A stretch of DNA of 63,989 bases, the filler included, from Piptocephalis cylindrospora (Eukaryota): NCBI GenBank assembly GCA_003614145.1. It is 6 parts of 6 records of this genome, joined end to end, with 100 filler letters (N's around TTAATTAATTAA, not from the genome) between each part and the next. Parts side by side here need not be neighbours in the genome. Positions count along the whole stretch, not along the records: positions 56,308 to 63,989 come from KZ988189.1; 5 more parts are not named here. One strand, written 5' to 3'. Below the pieces are notes generated by a model. That model was not told the DNA's origin and ran no database searches. It worked only from the letters and a program-made list of their open reading frames with translations. Positions 61,092-63,989 of the stretch are shown piece by piece. The position numbers were made by a program, and so were the translations under genes. How positions within the stretch are numbered: the first letter of the stretch is position 1; every line of letters starts with the position of its first letter.

Positions 61092-62115
61092 TTATAACGG
61101 CCTGATGGGTTCCATGGATCGGGCAAGGTGGGACACTATTCTTTGAACATTTTCCTCAAAAGACTTGTCCTCTGCCTTTACAGACTAAAATGAGGAGAGG
61201 GATGTGAGCACTATTGCAAGTATTCCCTTCCTTGGCACCGAATCTTACATAATTGGCCATTCGAACAGTGGCCGATAGGCCATCCAATGTGATGTTGAAT
61301 TGGGTCCTTGGTCCATGGAATGCGGAATTATCCTTGATGTCCTCTTCATCGTCATCCTCCTCCATAACTTTATCGTATCTTGCCTCGAGAAAGGTCCTCA
61401 TCTTTTTAATCTTGTCCCCAGAAGAGACCAAATCAAGGGACTCTTCCACATTGTCTGCATTATCCTCTTGTCCCATCTCCTTTTGTTCCATGTCTTCCTG
61501 TTTCATATCTTCCTTTTGGTTCGTGCCTTCCTCCTGCTTCACGGTCTCTTCCTGTTTCATGCCTTCATCCTCCTTGTGTCCATGCCCACCCTTACAAGGG
61601 GTATGGGAAGCTTTAACAGAAGCAGGGCTGCTCTCAATGCCAAGGATGAGGGCAAGGACAGCATCGGCCATGCCGTCGTGAGCAGGGTCGCCACCCTCCC
61701 ATGCCAAATCAATCTTCCCCTGACCCCTCCTTCTCTGCCAAGTGATGGTGATGGCGTCGTAGACCTAGTGAGGGTGAAGGTGAAGGTGTTGGATGAGCAG
61801 TCGATATGAGCGCTTTTTCAAAGGAAAAGATCCCTTACCATGAATTCCCTAGTCTCTTCCCCAGAAGCGCCCTTGACTTTCTCCAGCTCATTGACCCCAC
61901 GTTGACCCCACATCTGACGCAGATGTAGGAGAAGAAGGGAAGGATGGGGTCGGAAGGGAAGGGATATTTGTTGACGTAAGGAGGAAGTGGTGAGGTTGGT
62001 CAAGTCGGTCAGGTCTTCTGGGGAAAGAATGTTAAACTCGAAGCCTTTGGACACAAGGATACCATCAATCTTTTCCTCCTTGATCGGGGCCTTGATCGCC
62101 ATTCTTCCGATAACC
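61092..62115 (-). CDS. YSH1: CPSF73/Ysh1 endonuclease, C-terminal domain exons only
   Basis: VIGRMA..DGILVSKGFEFNILSPEDL....L.TS...Q and WEG....DGMADAVLALILGIESSPASVK match the CPSF73 C-terminal domain; the nuclease domain is absent. Confidence 0.8.
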
Positions 62116-62597
62116 TAATAGAAGGGGGGGGGGGGGGGGAAAAGAAAAAGGGGAAAAAAGGCCTTTTCCCCTTTTTTTTCCTTTTGTTTTTGCCCTTCTC
62201 CCCCTCCCTCTCCCCTTCCCCACTTCCCCTCTTTCTCTCTTTCTCTCTTTCTCTCTTCTCCTCTTCTTCCCAGATAGTTGGTCCAGCTTCCCTTCGCGGT
62301 CCTCTTCCTTCCTCTCATCCCCCCGTCATCCTTCCGTCATCCATTCCATCCCCCTCGCCTTTATCATCCATACAGAGAACCTTCTTTAGAGCTTTAAGCC
62401 TTGAATTCTTCTTCCACAATCCTCCTCTTTCCCCATCCTTAGTGTGTCCGTTGCGTTCTTTCATCCACCTTCCTCCTCATTCTTCTTCCTCAACCACCAC
62501 CACTTTCCTCAGATTCTCTTTCCATTTTTTGCCTCTCATCCTTTCCATTCCTACCCTTCTTTCAAACTCTCCTCTCCAAGACCATCTTCCATTCATC

Positions 62598-63989
62598 ATG
62601 ACCTCCAGGCCCCTCAACATCCCTCATCCTGCCATGGGTGAACACATGACCTCTCAACCCTCTCCCATCCGCTCTCGTAGGGGTTCGATTCAAAGGATGG
62701 AGAAGGAGGCCGATCTTGCCGTTTCCTCTGCCTCCTCTTCCTGTCCCTCCTCTACTACCGCTTCCACCGCTCTATCTTTTCCCATTTCTACCACGTCCGC
62801 CTCTTGCTACAATCTCCTTGCATCCTCCACGACTCTGATGACAGGGGATCCCTGTGACTTGCCCAATGGGATGACCTCGTTGGGCATGGACCCCACGATG
62901 GGTGAGGATCTTCCTCCTCCTGCCCAAACCAATGACACTCGTCCCTCTGATGCTTCTCGCATCCAGGACCATAAACATGGGGAATCCCAATGCACTGAAG
63001 AAGGGCATGAAGGACCCGACTCCCAGGATTCGGATACCAGTCCGGATACCGAGGAAGAGGAGGAGGTAATGCAATTTTCGCACAGTCTGGTCAATGACCT
63101 TCTCAAGGAATCTATCACCGAGATTATCCTTCACCAGGATCTTAATATCATTCCTCCGGCCCTAGCGGTTCCCCCGATCCTTACTCCAGCCTGGGCTTCC
63201 ACCTCCTCCCTCCCCATCGACCGGTACGGTGGTTTGGGTGGAGGAGGGGAAGGGCATGGGTCCAAGTCCTCCAGCAGGGCCACATCCCCCACGTCCCGAG
63301 CCACCGTATCTCAGAGACTGGCCATCAAAGAGGCTATCCGGGAAGCTGATGCTCGGGCTCGAAGGTACGTCCTGGATGTTCGCCCAGCCTCACGGAACAC
63401 TGGGAATACCGGGACACCTAGGCCTTCCTCCGAGACTAGCCATGCTGGTACCCCTAGGTCTACTGGAACTCCTCAGTCTCCCTCTGAGGCCGGATCTATC
63501 GGGAGGCCCTCCTCAGAGGCTGGTTCCTTTGCTGGTGATGGGCCCTCTCCTATTATCCCCTCTTCCATTTCTCCACCTCCCTCCACCCCACCCTATCTCT
63601 TTGGATCTGGAAAGAGTCCAGTGGACCCATCCTACTGGGCAAGGTACGATGTGACACCATCCCCTCCCATCCCCTCCCAGGCTGCTTCTCCACTTGCCTC
63701 TACGCACTCCCTTAACCTCCCATCTGGCGCATCCACGCCGTCAAATGCTCAGTCCCGTAATGCTTCTCCCCTCTCCGGCCAAGTATCGTTCTTGGGATCG
63801 ACTTCGGATCGCGATCGGGTTCGGGAGGGAAAGAAGGGCCCGGTGACCAAGGCGGTCATCTCCAAACCTGTGGTGGATGGCCCGGTCTGGGTGAAGAGGT
63901 CAGCCAATTCGGAGGATGGGGGGGGCTCTCCTCCTCCTCTCTTTCATCCTCTTCCTCCTCCTCCTCCTCCATTACTTCTCGTCGTTCCC
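62598..63989 (+). CDS. 5' part of a large Ser/Pro-rich protein running off the window
   Basis: ATG at 62598 (MTSRPLNIPHP...) after a CT-rich leader; no stop seen in the part translated; absent from the ORF track, consistent with no stop before the window end. Confidence 0.6.
   Translation, partial: MTSRPLNIPHPAMGEHMTSQPSPIRSRRGSIQRMEKEADLAVSSASSSCPSSTTASTALSFPISTTSASCYNLLASSTTLMTGDPCDLPNGMTSLGMDPTMGEDLPPPAQTNDTRPSDASRIQDHKHGESQCTEEGHEGPDSQDSDTSPDTEEEEEVMQFSHSLVNDLLKESITEIILHQDLNIIPPALAVPPILTPAWASTSSLPIDRYGGLGGGGEGHGSKSSSRATSPTSRATVSQRLAIKEAIREADARARRYVLDVRPASRNTGNTGTPRPSSETSHAGTPRSTGTPQSPSEAGSIGRPSSEAGSFAGDGPSPIIPSSISPPPSTPPYLFGSGKSPVDPSYWARYDVTPSPPIPSQAASPLASTHSLNLPSGASTPSNAQSRNASPLSGQVSFLGSTSDRDRVREGKKGPVTKAVISKPVVDGPVWVKRSANSEDGGGSPPPLFHPLPPPPPPLLLVVP

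Overview
Eukaryotic (fungal) genomic DNA with short GT-AG introns. The window is not one locus. It joins six ~11-kb contigs, in decreasing length order, with artificial 100-bp linkers (44 N + TTAATTAATTAA + 44 N) at 11290, 22617, 33837, 45023 and 56208, so adjacency across linkers has no biological meaning. Gene style and the fragmented assembly suggest an early-diverging fungus, possibly a zoopagalean mycoparasite such as Piptocephalis; this is inference and was not verified. Most genes are housekeeping: SURF1/SHY1 3' end, CENP-T, ALG10, SHQ1, SF3B5, DUF866, CDO1, SIP5, TRAPPC11, a SAPS-domain PP6 subunit, TCERG1-like, DJ-1, iPGM, MPC2, PNPOx-like, HSK3, RPAIN, GRX5 and YSH1 3' part. Four items stand out: (1) a signal-peptide NucA/EndoG-type nuclease with a long disordered tail carrying six 14-3-3-type RxxS/TxP motifs, a candidate host-delivered effector; (2) an 85-aa prepro-peptide with a Kex2-type RR site releasing a 32-aa, +7 cationic peptide; (3) a MATA-type HMG-box factor that appears to carry a second, degenerate HMG box; (4) an orphan secreted protein. 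All calls come from reading motifs by eye; no database searches were run.
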